Shown here: in pieces, positions 27,600-38,091 of the stretch
How the letters are laid out: each line of letters opens with the position of its first letter
Position numbering within the stretch: position 1 is the first letter of the stretch
IMG/VR virus record: IMGVR_UViG_3300045199_000074
Length of the DNA: 64,000 nt
Strand: one strand, 5' to 3'
From: a virus
Translations under genes and position numbers: made by a program
The notes under the pieces: model-generated
The model's database searches: none
What the model was told of the DNA's origin: nothing
The model's input: the letters and a program-made list of their open reading frames with translations, nothing else

Positions 27600-28340
27600 T
27601 TGGTGCATTCACGGGATTCTGCCTTGGCAGAGCCTATGTTAAAACCTGATGAAGAGGCGAGGCTTATCAAGGATTGGCAACAGAATAAAAATGAGCGTGC
27701 GAAAGAGCGCATTATTAAATCTTATATGCGCTCTTGCTATTCTTTTGCCTCACGCTACACTAAAAATGAGACTGACATGCGCGATCTCGCCCAAGAAGGC
27801 AGTCTTGGAATTTGTCGTGCTCTAGATAAATATGATTTTAGCTATAACGTAAAATTTTCAACATATTGCTTTTACTGGATTGAGAATTTTGTAGCTGATG
27901 CTGCATCAAGAACATTAAACGTAATCTATGTTCCATCACGCGCCTTTCTAGCTTCCCGAATGGGAAAATTAGATGGCGAGCGCGGCCGTTCGGCATTTAA
28001 TGCTACCAATAATCTTATAGCGCTAGAAGCGCCTACAGATGAATCCGGGCAGACATTTAGCGAAAGAATTGCTGATAAACAGCCAAATCCAGAAGAAATA
28101 ATGATCCAGGAAACGCTTCAGGAGGAATATAAGCGTTTAATTACCCGTGCCTTGTTTGGGTTAACGCCAAGGGAACAAAAAGTAATTGTCGAAAGAAAAT
28201 TAACTGAGCCGCCTCGTACTTTGGAAGAGATATCTGTAGATTTAAAGCTAACGAGGGAGCGCGTAAGACAAATAGAAATTAATGCTATGAAAAAAATGGC
28301 CGCAACCTTATCTGACGTAGATGGTGCGGCTCATTTTTGA
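27600..28340 (+). CDS. Sigma70-family sigma factor, RpoH/sigma32-like
   Basis: DLAQEGSLG...KFSTYCFYWI (region 2) and TLEEIS...LTRERVRQIE (region 4.2). Confidence 0.85.
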   Translation: MVHSRDSALAEPMLKPDEEARLIKDWQQNKNERAKERIIKSYMRSCYSFASRYTKNETDMRDLAQEGSLGICRALDKYDFSYNVKFSTYCFYWIENFVADAASRTLNVIYVPSRAFLASRMGKLDGERGRSAFNATNNLIALEAPTDESGQTFSERIADKQPNPEEIMIQETLQEEYKRLITRALFGLTPREQKVIVERKLTEPPRTLEEISVDLKLTRERVRQIEINAMKKMAATLSDVDGAAHF

Positions 28341-28386
28341 AATTTGTATTAATTCGACTATATCAGGTAGGGAACAAACCTTTGGA

Positions 28387-28848
28387 TTACTTTACGCCAG
28401 TTGATCCGTAACCACCCTCACCGCGTTTTGTGGCCGAAGTGAACTCTTTGACTTCAGAAAGCTCCGTTCGGACGATAGGCAGGAAAATCATTTGAATAAA
28501 TCTATCTCCTGGTTCAATTACAAGATTTTCTCCCTTTTGTGAATCCCATTCCAGAACAGCTGAGATTTCGCCTTGATAATCGGAATCAATCAATCCAACA
28601 GTATTTGCTAGCCGAAGGCCTTTTGATCCAAGACCTGATCGGGGCATTAAAATAGCCGCAATATTCGTATCTCCAATGTGAATTGCGAAACCAAGAGGAA
28701 CTTTTACGCGTTGCCCTTGAACCAGTATTAGAGGCTCAGTTCCGATGTATCGGATGTCGTATCCTGCAGCACCATCTGTTCCCTTTGAGGGAATGGCGTT
28801 GATTTCCTTAATTCGTGGATTGATTATTTTTACTTCAACGTTATGCAT
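28387..28848 (-). CDS. dut: dUTPase
   Basis: AGYDI, PRSGLG, GLIDSDYQG and RGEGGYGSTG motifs. Confidence 0.93.
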   Translation of the reverse strand: MHNVEVKIINPRIKEINAIPSKGTDGAAGYDIRYIGTEPLILVQGQRVKVPLGFAIHIGDTNIAAILMPRSGLGSKGLRLANTVGLIDSDYQGEISAVLEWDSQKGENLVIEPGDRFIQMIFLPIVRTELSEVKEFTSATKRGEGGYGSTGVK

Positions 28849-29297
28849 TCGTTTTCCCAATATTCAATTCTTAGGTTTGGTGTTTTTTCAAGGCTTCTGA
28901 TTAATTTCCAGCCATCCTTAGTTCGCAAGTCTGGCATAAATGTATCACAGTCGTAAATCCCATTAATTCGACTTATCTCGGCGCAATTACAGAAATTCAA
29001 TGCGCTCTCATAAATTTTCGCGCCGCCTGCAATTATTAATTCATCAATTTCCAATCGTTTAAAATGCGATATTGCTTCTTCAAGCGTTTTGAAGCCTCCA
29101 TTTACAGATGATATCGAATGGATTCTTCTTCCTTCTAATGGCGGCAATGTCTCCATTGTTTTTCTGCCAACGATTAAATCTTTCCCCATTGTTCTGGATT
29201 TAAAATGTTTTAAATCGTCCTTATGTGTCCATGGGAGATGGCCATTTATGCCAATCCCCCAGTTGTTATCTACGGCTGAAATCAGGGAAATTTTCAT
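28830..29297 (-). CDS. folA: Dihydrofolate reductase
   Basis: GIGINGHLPW, DLKHFK, GRKT, GGAKIY and CDTF motifs. Confidence 0.9.
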   Translation of the reverse strand: MKISLISAVDNNWGIGINGHLPWTHKDDLKHFKSRTMGKDLIVGRKTMETLPPLEGRRIHSISSVNGGFKTLEEAISHFKRLEIDELIIAGGAKIYESALNFCNCAEISRINGIYDCDTFMPDLRTKDGWKLIRSLEKTPNLRIEYWENECITLK

Positions 29298-29298
29298 A

Positions 29299-30228
29299 TT
29301 AAACCGCCACAGGTGCTTCAATTGGTGGATGAGGATTATAGCCAGTGACCTCGAAGTCATCGATTGTATAATCGTCAATCGAATTTGGTTTTCTTAGTAA
29401 GCGGATTTTCGGGAATGGTCGAGGCTCGCGGCTAAGAAGCGTTTCAGCCATTTCGATATGGTTCAAATATAAATGTGTATCGCCTCCGTTCCAAACCAAC
29501 TCTCCTGGCACCATGTCAACCTGTTGAGCTATCATGTGTAGAAGCGCCGCTTGCTGGGCGATGTTGAAGGGGTTTCCGAGCCCAATATCACAGGATCTCT
29601 GGCCAACGAGAAGAGAGATTTTGCTTTTCGCGCCCGTGTCTCCGGAGCTTTCAGGCATCTCGCTCACGTAAAACTGGTAGGTCATATGGCAAGGGTGAAG
29701 CGCCATCTGATCTAGCTCACCAACATTCCACGCATGAAATATCATACGACGGCTGGCAGGGTTCTTCCTCAACGTCTCGATCACCTGAGCAATCTGGTCA
29801 TGTTCGTTGCCGTTGGCATCTACCCAACGTCTCCACTGCTTTCCATAGACGGGTCCAAGATCACCCCACTTCATTGCAAAAGCGTCGTCAGCAAGAATCT
29901 TGGCCTCAAAATCCTCCTGAGAAATTTGATTGCCTGTAGCTTTGCGATAAGACGCCAATGGCCAGTCGGTCCAGATGCGGACGTTTTCTCGTAGCAGCGA
30001 CTGAATATTGGTCTGCCCGGTTAAAAACCAGAGCATCTCTCGTACGGCTGTTTTCCAGTAGACACGCTTTGTTGTATAGACAGGGAAGGTTCCGTCAGAA
30101 AGATCGAAACGCATAGAAGCACCAAACAGGGATAAAGTGCCTACTCCTGTGCGGTCGATACGTCGATCACCTTTTTCAAGAATCTGTTTAATTAAGTCAA
30201 GATATTGATATTCAGGGTGTCTTGTCAT
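29299..30228 (-). CDS. thyA: Thymidylate synthase
   Basis: DRTGVGT, GPVYGKQWR, ALHPCH, QRSCD, PFNIA and HLYLNH motifs. Confidence 0.95.
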   Translation of the reverse strand: MTRHPEYQYLDLIKQILEKGDRRIDRTGVGTLSLFGASMRFDLSDGTFPVYTTKRVYWKTAVREMLWFLTGQTNIQSLLRENVRIWTDWPLASYRKATGNQISQEDFEAKILADDAFAMKWGDLGPVYGKQWRRWVDANGNEHDQIAQVIETLRKNPASRRMIFHAWNVGELDQMALHPCHMTYQFYVSEMPESSGDTGAKSKISLLVGQRSCDIGLGNPFNIAQQAALLHMIAQQVDMVPGELVWNGGDTHLYLNHIEMAETLLSREPRPFPKIRLLRKPNSIDDYTIDDFEVTGYNPHPPIEAPVAV

Positions 30229-30374
30229 TGTAGTCTCCGACTTGATAATACGCGAAATATTTTGATGCATAATGAAGATTCCAACAAGCCAATTTGAGTG
30301 ACTTGCCTACTCCATAACTTGCGACGATTATATATTAAATAACGTTGTCTAAATATGCTTTCGGGAGGCAGTAA

Positions 30375-30704
30375 TTGAAAAATTTAACTATGAATGGGTT
30401 TCAAAAGGCATTGCAGGCGGCATGTTCAGTCCTTGGCTTGCCGCCTGGTGCCGTTCAAATTAACGGGTCAGCACTGCTTATACCTTCGGAAAATATCGCA
30501 ATAACTCCTGAATTATCGGGAAACACCAGAGTCTGGCTTGTAACAACGACTTTTACGGTCGGATCGATTGATGGGTTGACGGATCGAGAAATTACTAATG
30601 TTCTTTTTGAAGAACCACTTAATAATATATGGGCAGTCTCCAGGAGAGTTGCGTTGTATTTAGCTGAACGGAATATCGATATCGCTATTGAAAACAGTCT
30701 CTAA
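30375..30704 (+). CDS. Hypothetical protein
   Basis: GGAGG RBS before TTG. Confidence 0.65.
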   Translation: MKNLTMNGFQKALQAACSVLGLPPGAVQINGSALLIPSENIAITPELSGNTRVWLVTTTFTVGSIDGLTDREITNVLFEEPLNNIWAVSRRVALYLAERNIDIAIENSL

Positions 30705-30780
30705 GCACCGGCATTAGTTCATTGCCTTTGCTATCGTCATAATGCTTCATAATTATTACGAACTATGGAGGAGGTGATAT

Positions 30781-32088
30781 ATGGCAACATTGGCGATATC
30801 TCGACCACAAAATGCTTCTCTTTTAAAGAGAATTACCAATACGCTGTCTGATTTCAGCAAGAACTTAATGGGGACAACTTCATTAGTGTCTCCCTCCATG
30901 GCAACAAAAAAAATTGAAAATCCATTTGGCAATTTTGGTGTTTTAGCTTCAGCCGACAAATTTAAAGCTCATTCGAAGCCTATGGTTAGGTCATCTATTC
31001 TTTTCACCATCGATGATGCGCGCAAGCGTATATCGGAATACGTCGAAAACAAGTTCAAACCTGATAGCATTGCTGAACTCAAAGAGTATCTTGCGGAAAA
31101 ATTCTTGCGTCTTGAAACTTGGAAATTGGCTCCAGGTCCAATGAATATGCTTGTTGATACGAAGACAAGCTCTGCCACGCCTGCTGCCGCAGTCGATAAG
31201 CGTCTTTCTTACTGGAATATGCTTGAAGAAAGATTGCGGGGTGATTTACGTCGTGAAATCGGTACAACTGAACCTGCAAAAGCATTTGGAAGTTGGGAAG
31301 GCATGTCTATGTCGCTTTCTAACTCTCGCGGGAATATTGGTTACTCCATTTCAAAAGGACAGGCTTATATTGGCAAGGTTTTTGCAGACCAGAATGATCG
31401 TAGAAGCGTTTCTGAAATTGTGTCCGATGCTAAACAACAAGGTGTGGAGCTAGTTCTTCCTACGGATGACGGTACAATCAACGGGCGTAGATTTCCAGGT
31501 CTGCCATTCCTGAAGAAAATGGAAACTATGAAGGCTGAAGTTGTACATTCAGGTTTGAAACACGATCTGATGGCAAATGCGTTTGGTGGTGTCGGCTTGG
31601 TGGAAACTATTGAAAACAAGATCAATGCCAAAAATGTACGTGACGCTTCTCTTGGTGACAATAATATGGATGCCGCTGAGGAATTCGATTTATCGCAATT
31701 CATCAGGAGTGAACAAGAACCATTTTCGACTATGGTTACAAACTCAAACGTTAGTTCATTTAGCGATTTTGGTAACGAGCTAGAAGAAAATTATGAGACT
31801 ACACGCAATTTAAGTATTCGTGCATATTCTAATAGTTCGAGCGAATTTATTGTTTATGATCGCGACTTTGATGAGGCCACGCAGATTCATTTTACTGATA
31901 TGCCAGCTGGTCGATACGAACGAGAAAATGTTGATGGTGTTGTAGAAGGCTACACTGATATCTTGGATGATGGATCATTAAGGCATTTTGATCGCCGTGG
32001 AAATGTCGTAGAAATGGATAATGGTCTAGATAATGATGATCAACATGACTACGAAAATGAAAATGGTCGCAATAAGTTCGCTAGGTAA
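30781..32088 (+). CDS. Hypothetical protein with an acidic C-terminus ending NKFAR
   Basis: GGAGGAGGT RBS; 435 aa. Confidence 0.8.
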   Translation: MATLAISRPQNASLLKRITNTLSDFSKNLMGTTSLVSPSMATKKIENPFGNFGVLASADKFKAHSKPMVRSSILFTIDDARKRISEYVENKFKPDSIAELKEYLAEKFLRLETWKLAPGPMNMLVDTKTSSATPAAAVDKRLSYWNMLEERLRGDLRREIGTTEPAKAFGSWEGMSMSLSNSRGNIGYSISKGQAYIGKVFADQNDRRSVSEIVSDAKQQGVELVLPTDDGTINGRRFPGLPFLKKMETMKAEVVHSGLKHDLMANAFGGVGLVETIENKINAKNVRDASLGDNNMDAAEEFDLSQFIRSEQEPFSTMVTNSNVSSFSDFGNELEENYETTRNLSIRAYSNSSSEFIVYDRDFDEATQIHFTDMPAGRYERENVDGVVEGYTDILDDGSLRHFDRRGNVVEMDNGLDNDDQHDYENENGRNKFAR

Positions 32089-32218
32089 AATTAAATAATC
32101 AAAAAAGCACGGGCTAATTATGTGTAGATCGCGCTTTTTTGTTGCGATAATTATTTAAATGTGTCAACAATTTTAGCATTGAGTGTTCTGGTGAATATTC
32201 TATTTAACGGAGTTATTT

Positions 32219-33301
32219 ATGAGCAAGAAGCATAATTCTATCGGCAATAATGGTGATGCAGACGCCCGCCGAAAAAGCCTAGAGAGCGCCTTGGCGCAGA
32301 TCGAACGCGCCCATGGAAAGGGGTCTATCATGACCCTTGGCGCAAATTCGAAAGTCGAAACCGAAGTCGTTTCTACTGGTTCTTTGTCTTTGGATATTGC
32401 ACTTGGTATCGGTGGTTTTCCACGCGGTCGTATTATCGAAATTTATGGGCCTGAAAGCTCTGGCAAAACAACTCTTGCTCTGCACACTGTTGCTGAAGTT
32501 CAAAAGGCTGGCGGTGTTGCTGCGTTCGTTGATGCTGAACATGCGCTTGATCCTGTTTATGCTCGCAAGCTTGGTGTTGATCTGGAAAATTTGCTAATTT
32601 CTCAGCCTGACACTGGTGAGCAGGCTTTGGAAATCACTGATACATTGGTTCGCTCTGGCGCTGTTGATGTTCTTGTTATCGATTCTGTCGCAGCTCTTGT
32701 TCCAAAGGCTGAAATTGAAGGTGAAATGGGAGATTCCCTGCCGGGTCTTCAGGCTCGATTGATGAGCCAGGCTCTTCGTAAGCTAACGGCTACGATTTCT
32801 CGTTCGAATTGTATGGTCATCTTTATCAACCAGATTCGTATGAAAATCGGCGTCATGTTTGGTTCACCTGAAACTACGACTGGCGGCAACGCACTCAAGT
32901 TCTATGCTTCTGTACGGCTCGATATTCGTCGTATTGGTTCCATCAAGGATCGTGACGAAGTCGTTGGCAATCAGACTAAGGTTAAAGTGGTTAAGAACAA
33001 GCTTGCTGCTCCGTTTAAGCAGGTTGAATTCGATATTTTGTATGGACAGGGCGTTTCAAAGGTTGGTGAACTTATCGACCTCGGCTTGAAGGCAGGTTTT
33101 GTTGAAAAATCTGGAGCATGGTTCTCGTACAACTCGCAGCGTCTGGGTCAGGGTCGTGAAAACGCAAAGCAGTATCTTCGTGACAATCCAGAAGTTGCTG
33201 ATGAAATCGAGGCCAGAATTCGCGGAGAGCAAGACGGTCTTTCCGAGTCGCTTTTGATTGGCGATGTATCGACCGATGATAATGGCGGTTCGGATGAATA
33301 A
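32219..33301 (+). CDS. recA: Recombinase RecA
   Basis: [17 protein letters not shown] and [19 protein letters not shown]; alphaproteobacterial-type sequence. Confidence 0.97.
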   Translation: MSKKHNSIGNNGDADARRKSLESALAQIERAHGKGSIMTLGANSKVETEVVSTGSLSLDIALGIGGFPRGRIIEIYGPESSGKTTLALHTVAEVQKAGGVAAFVDAEHALDPVYARKLGVDLENLLISQPDTGEQALEITDTLVRSGAVDVLVIDSVAALVPKAEIEGEMGDSLPGLQARLMSQALRKLTATISRSNCMVIFINQIRMKIGVMFGSPETTTGGNALKFYASVRLDIRRIGSIKDRDEVVGNQTKVKVVKNKLAAPFKQVEFDILYGQGVSKVGELIDLGLKAGFVEKSGAWFSYNSQRLGQGRENAKQYLRDNPEVADEIEARIRGEQDGLSESLLIGDVSTDDNGGSDE

Positions 33302-33755
33302 TGGCATATCTCAGTATCAGGTCTGGTCTGATGGTTCTTGTTTAGGGAACCCTGGACCAGGCGGTTATGCTGCAATAGTTTTTGATGCCAACGGCAAGGA
33401 AGTTGCGGTGGTCTCTGGTCGCGAAAAGCGCTCTACAAATCAGAGAATGGAGATGATTGCGGCAGCAGAAGGGCTGTCGCAACTTCCATTAGCCGTTGCT
33501 GTCACGGTGAATACCGATTCCAAATATGTTGTTGACGGTATGACATCCTGGATTTTTGGCTGGAAGCGTCGAGGCTGGAAAAAGGCAGACGGTACCCCAG
33601 TGAAAAATCTTGAGCTTTGGCAACGTCTTGACCGAGAAGTGTCCAATCGCAAGGTAAAATGGAACCATGTTCGTGGACATGTCGGGATCGAGCTTAACGA
33701 GCGTTGTGATCAATTGGCTAATGAACAGGCTCACTTCGCAAAATCTGGAGAATAA
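33294..33755 (+). CDS. rnhA: Ribonuclease HI
   Basis: [28 protein letters not shown] and NERCD motifs. Confidence 0.93.
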   Translation: MNNGISQYQVWSDGSCLGNPGPGGYAAIVFDANGKEVAVVSGREKRSTNQRMEMIAAAEGLSQLPLAVAVTVNTDSKYVVDGMTSWIFGWKRRGWKKADGTPVKNLELWQRLDREVSNRKVKWNHVRGHVGIELNERCDQLANEQAHFAKSGE

Positions 33756-33756
33756 T

Positions 33757-34365
33757 ATGAAGAATTTTATCGCATTGTTTTTTATTGCCTTCGCTGCCTT
33801 CACTTCGGTAGCAGTTGCCTCTGATGAGGCATGGAACCCCTACACCCCAATGCCACATGATATTGTCATAGGAAAGTCTGACGCCCCAATTACGATTGTT
33901 GAGTACGCGTCTCTGACCTGTCCTCATTGTGGCCGCTTCCATCGTGAGACAATTCCTTCATTGAAGGAGCAGTTGATTGAGACAGGTCAAGCAAAACTTA
34001 TTTATAGGCATATGCCACTTGATCAGTCAGCGTTGGCCGGGGCATTAGCGTCATCTTGTGCTCCTGAAGACATTCGGTTTGATGTTGTTTCAACCTTGTT
34101 TGAGGAAGTTTCAGTTTGGGCTCCTGACATTACGCAGATGGTTCCTGTTCTTCAGAAGAAGTTTGGTGATAAGCTTGATGCCGTAGAGATGCTTAAATGT
34201 GCATCGAGTTCGGAAATATCGAATGTCATTGTAAAAGGTATGACGAATGCCATAGATAACGGTGTGGCGTCTACTCCTACATTTTTCATGAATGGTGAGA
34301 AATTTGAAGGATTTATTGCTCCAGAAAACTTCCTACCCCTGGCCAAGGGTAAGTCTGATAATTAA
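33757..34365 (+). CDS. DsbA-family disulfide oxidoreductase
   Basis: Signal peptide; EYASLTCPHC; STPTF cis-Pro loop. Confidence 0.88.
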   Translation: MKNFIALFFIAFAAFTSVAVASDEAWNPYTPMPHDIVIGKSDAPITIVEYASLTCPHCGRFHRETIPSLKEQLIETGQAKLIYRHMPLDQSALAGALASSCAPEDIRFDVVSTLFEEVSVWAPDITQMVPVLQKKFGDKLDAVEMLKCASSSEISNVIVKGMTNAIDNGVASTPTFFMNGEKFEGFIAPENFLPLAKGKSDN

Positions 34366-34438
34366 TAATATTGATGCAACGAATAAGGTCCGCTAAATTT
34401 AATTTTAGCGGACCTATTTTTATTTCATGTTTTAGATT

Positions 34439-34915
34439 TTATTTACAGCTTCGATCAATATCATTTTTGGCAGATGTAAATCCAGTTAGATCATACCTGT
34501 CGACAGCTGTTTTCCCATCTTTCGATGTCCAGATTACCTTCGCTTCTTTGCCACGTTGCATAGCCGCTGTCAGATCAGCTTCTGGTTTCCCCGTGCCTAC
34601 AAAAGCGGCTTCGCGGTATGTGAGAGTGTTGAATTCCTTGTCATCTACCACGATCACAGCCTTCATCTGGCTTGCATCCACGCCTCCGTTTGAAGCCGCT
34701 ATAGAACCCTTAACTCCCTCTGACGGGTGGTTCTGGATGGATAGGTAGGGTATTGAACGATTTTCAAATGAACTATCGCTGCTGCTTGGTGAGGAACTCG
34801 CCCAGCATGCTCCATCAGCTAAACTCACTTTCCAATTTGAAGAATTCTGTTGTGCGTTAGCCGAATATATCGTTCCCAGAATGACTGCTATCGATATGGT
34901 TGCAGTTTTAATCAT
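34439..34915 (-). CDS. Invasion-associated locus B (IalB)-like secreted protein
   Basis: Signal peptide; C-terminal D.YDLTGFTSA...C pattern. Confidence 0.7.
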   Translation of the reverse strand: MIKTATISIAVILGTIYSANAQQNSSNWKVSLADGACWASSSPSSSDSSFENRSIPYLSIQNHPSEGVKGSIAASNGGVDASQMKAVIVVDDKEFNTLTYREAAFVGTGKPEADLTAAMQRGKEAKVIWTSKDGKTAVDRYDLTGFTSAKNDIDRSCK

Positions 34916-35083
34916 TTAATGATCCTCTTTTAAATATTTATTTATAATGAAACCATCACATTGCCTGCGTCGCAATAGCTGTCTTTTAAAATCGAATTTT
35001 TAGATTGCCTGGTTGTGGTTTCTTGCAATAAAAAAGCCCACAATACAGGAAATACAGCATTTTTAATATTGGAGTTTGATGGC

Positions 35084-35995
35084 ATGCGATTACTTTTGGA
35101 GCTTAATTCTGTTGATAGAAGTGTCACTGGGAATGGTCGTACCCAAATCCGCCTGACAGGTTTGGATAAGAATGGTCGCAATAGTCGTGCAATAGCTTAT
35201 GGCTATACAGCTGATAACATATTGAAGAGCCTTTATAAAATTGTTTCGCCAACCGATGATCTCAAAGATCATAGTGTTACTATCGATCTTCACGGTGGTT
35301 GGAAAAATGGCAAAGAATACGAGCGAGACGGCAAGAAGTTTACTTTTCGATATTTTGAAATTGAACAATTCCAGTTTCTCCTTGGTCCTGCTCTTGAACT
35401 TCAAAAAATTCGTCAGGATTCTCTAGCGGCGTTTCATCGTGCGGAAGCTGCCAGAGCGGAAGGTGATTTTCGAAGCGCATACCGAGAACTTCTCGAACAG
35501 ACAGGTAAAACATGTAATATGATCGATGAGGTTTCTGAAATTCTGGAGAGTTTAAATCAATATGAGGATCTCCCAGATGACATGGAACTCACGGCAATTG
35601 AAGAGCAGTTTTCCTCGCCTGAGGCTTTGGCATTAAAGAAGTTTTCGTCTATGAACGGTATTGAAGATGTCATGGAATTGGCAGCTAATTCTCCACAAGA
35701 GGAGATAGCCTCAGATGAAACCTCTGATCATGTTTCTGAGGATATGGTTGCAGATCAAGACGACGATTACGTCTTCGGTGAGATTGTTGATGAGACTTCT
35801 GATGAGAATAATCCAGCAGTAGAAGGTGATATTGAACAATCAGATGTGTTGGACGACGAGCCAGCATCTGATGCTGAAAATAAGGCATCAGGTCCCGCTA
35901 AACCCGCACCTGCGTTTTCTTCCAAACCTTCTTCTGGATTTGGTCGTCCAAGTGGTGGCTTCGGAAGACCAAGCGGTTTCGGCCGTCCAGGCTGA
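35084..35995 (+). CDS. Protein with a putative SSB-like OB fold, acidic linker and FGRP repeats
   Basis: AIAYGYTA...IDLHGGW...YERDGKK pattern resembles SSB; ends SSGFGRPSGGFGRPSGFGRPG. Confidence 0.6.
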   Translation: MRLLLELNSVDRSVTGNGRTQIRLTGLDKNGRNSRAIAYGYTADNILKSLYKIVSPTDDLKDHSVTIDLHGGWKNGKEYERDGKKFTFRYFEIEQFQFLLGPALELQKIRQDSLAAFHRAEAARAEGDFRSAYRELLEQTGKTCNMIDEVSEILESLNQYEDLPDDMELTAIEEQFSSPEALALKKFSSMNGIEDVMELAANSPQEEIASDETSDHVSEDMVADQDDDYVFGEIVDETSDENNPAVEGDIEQSDVLDDEPASDAENKASGPAKPAPAFSSKPSSGFGRPSGGFGRPSGFGRPG

Positions 35996-36086
35996 AAGAC
36001 ATTCACGTCACCATGTGAACATCTTTTATCACCAGTGGTTCAGTTTATTTGCACCACTGGTTTTTTAAGGGCCATAACCTAAATCG

Positions 36087-36845
36087 TCACGGCTCAATTT
36101 TAATTATGCTTTCGTTTAAGTTCTCTAGTGAAATTGTTTTGAAGCGATGGTTTCTTCCGCAATCATCAAAAGCTACGACTGACAGTACCCCTGATCCAAA
36201 ACAACCGCTGTCCATTGCAATTCTGTTTTCGTATTCAGTTGGATTTTTCTTATCTGGAGAGTGTCCGTATACGACAACCTTTCCAAAGTTGTGGTTTGAA
36301 CGGCTGAATTCTCCTCTGATCCACATCAGATCATGGAGTGATTGATCTTCAAGCATTATTCCTGGCTTCATTCCTGCATGAACATAGATGTGTGTATCGG
36401 TTTCAGCAGACATTGGAAGCGAACGTAGAAACTCAGCATGCTCCCAAGGAACGAATTCCTGAAGTTCGTCTGGTATCGGATTATACAGAGGATTCCATCC
36501 GTAGCTTTGTAAGGTCTGTTGTCCACCATGTTCCCACCAAGCTGTTGCCATTTCGTGTGATGGGTTGAACCAAACCGATGAGAACATATCGTCATGATTA
36601 CCCTTGATCGGGTGCCATGACATGTGTTCGTCTTCTGGTCCTGAAATTAAAAGATCAATGACATCTTTTGCGCTTGGGCCGCGATCAACGTAGTCCCCGA
36701 GTAAGTGAACTCTTCCTTGGGTTCCGCTTTGCAGGGCGTCGGCCGCGCACCAATCGAGTGCGATCTTTAGCTGTTCTACACAGCCATGTACGTCGCCTAT
36801 TGCGTAGTCAGTAATATGGTCTGAACTTTTGAATTTTTGATGCAT
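36087..36845 (-). CDS. PPP-family (lambda-type) Ser/Thr metallophosphatase
   Basis: IGDVHG, GDYVDRG, GNHD, VHAG, GHS and DSG motifs. Confidence 0.88.
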   Translation of the reverse strand: MHQKFKSSDHITDYAIGDVHGCVEQLKIALDWCAADALQSGTQGRVHLLGDYVDRGPSAKDVIDLLISGPEDEHMSWHPIKGNHDDMFSSVWFNPSHEMATAWWEHGGQQTLQSYGWNPLYNPIPDELQEFVPWEHAEFLRSLPMSAETDTHIYVHAGMKPGIMLEDQSLHDLMWIRGEFSRSNHNFGKVVVYGHSPDKKNPTEYENRIAMDSGCFGSGVLSVVAFDDCGRNHRFKTISLENLNESIIKIEP

Positions 36846-36903
36846 ATGAAATGACCGATCCTTTTGTCAATTATATTCAATATCGATGAATTTATCCAAC
36901 GAT

Positions 36904-38037
36904 CTATGGCTTGAACGATGATTTCTCCTCAAGCTTTTCGAAAAGCTCCCTGCCCTTATCTTCGTCGCAATCAACTCCGATATTTCTAGCAGACAGGAAA
37001 GCTTCATCCAGATCGGCATCCAAAAATTTGGCATACATAGCTGCAAGCGTTCCTACAAATATCGGTCCATGCGAAGCTTCTCGAACTTTTCGATCTAATT
37101 TCACTACATAATGCGCGAGTTCATGGATTATTGTGTTACTGGTCATCATGTGACTGGCGAGCACTATCCCTTTGCCCACATTGAAGTAGCTGTGATTTAC
37201 TAAATTTGATGGACCTTCTTTGATCGGCACTTCTTTGACGCCCAACTTCTCGCAAACTTGTTTGGCGTAGTCCCTGCATTCATCAATCGTATTGAAGCGG
37301 TCCTTTCTGTAATCAAACGTCCACTCCCACCGATAGACCAATTCACGCTGGTAATCGCGAATACGGTTCGACTTTCTCCTATCTGGAGGATTAAATCGTT
37401 TGGCTATCCTCTTGGCTTCTAATTCAGCCGCTTCCATGAAGTCGTGTTGACTTAAAACTTTGATGTCTCGCGTGTGCCGGGTGTCTGGCCTCCATCCAAC
37501 GAGAATTTTTTTGTCGTCCTCGAAGAGCACTATCTCGCCCCGATCATTGGCTGGTATGGACATCTTTATGCCAAAGCGAATGTCGGCGTACTCTGGAGGG
37601 CTAATGGGGCTTGGTAAGTGCCGCGTGCGTTGACCAGGCTTGGGGTTGTCAACCAAGATAACTGTGTTGGCAGCGAAACCTTTCGTGCTGGATGGCAGGT
37701 CTAGAAAGACACGTCCGTTGTCATGACGTTCATAGAATTCATAGATTTCGGTGAAGGGATGAGTGTCGAATTCGAAAGCAGATGCTGAGATTAGCGACAT
37801 TCCATCGCCATGAACCAAGCCTTCGTACAGATCACGTGCGGTGAAAATCCTGTGCCGATGAGTCGTGTAGAATTCTATCCAGTTTTTGGATGCTACTGAT
37901 GAGCTGAATGGCCCCCATATGCGTCCGTCATCCGATGTAACAGAATGAATTATTTCGGGTACGAAAAGACTGTTTTTCGCGTCGATGTTTTCAAATTTAT
38001 TGTTTGGCGCAATGGGCGCATCCAATAGATGAATCAT
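36904..38037 (-). CDS. Protein with a C-terminal SprT-like HExxH zinc metallopeptidase domain
   Basis: TIIHELAH...HGPIF. Confidence 0.7.
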   Translation of the reverse strand: MIHLLDAPIAPNNKFENIDAKNSLFVPEIIHSVTSDDGRIWGPFSSSVASKNWIEFYTTHRHRIFTARDLYEGLVHGDGMSLISASAFEFDTHPFTEIYEFYERHDNGRVFLDLPSSTKGFAANTVILVDNPKPGQRTRHLPSPISPPEYADIRFGIKMSIPANDRGEIVLFEDDKKILVGWRPDTRHTRDIKVLSQHDFMEAAELEAKRIAKRFNPPDRRKSNRIRDYQRELVYRWEWTFDYRKDRFNTIDECRDYAKQVCEKLGVKEVPIKEGPSNLVNHSYFNVGKGIVLASHMMTSNTIIHELAHYVVKLDRKVREASHGPIFVGTLAAMYAKFLDADLDEAFLSARNIGVDCDEDKGRELFEKLEEKSSFKP

Positions 38038-38091
38038 GGCATCTTACCTGTCATTTTATCTATAATAATGCGTCCATTTGCATTTTTGAAT

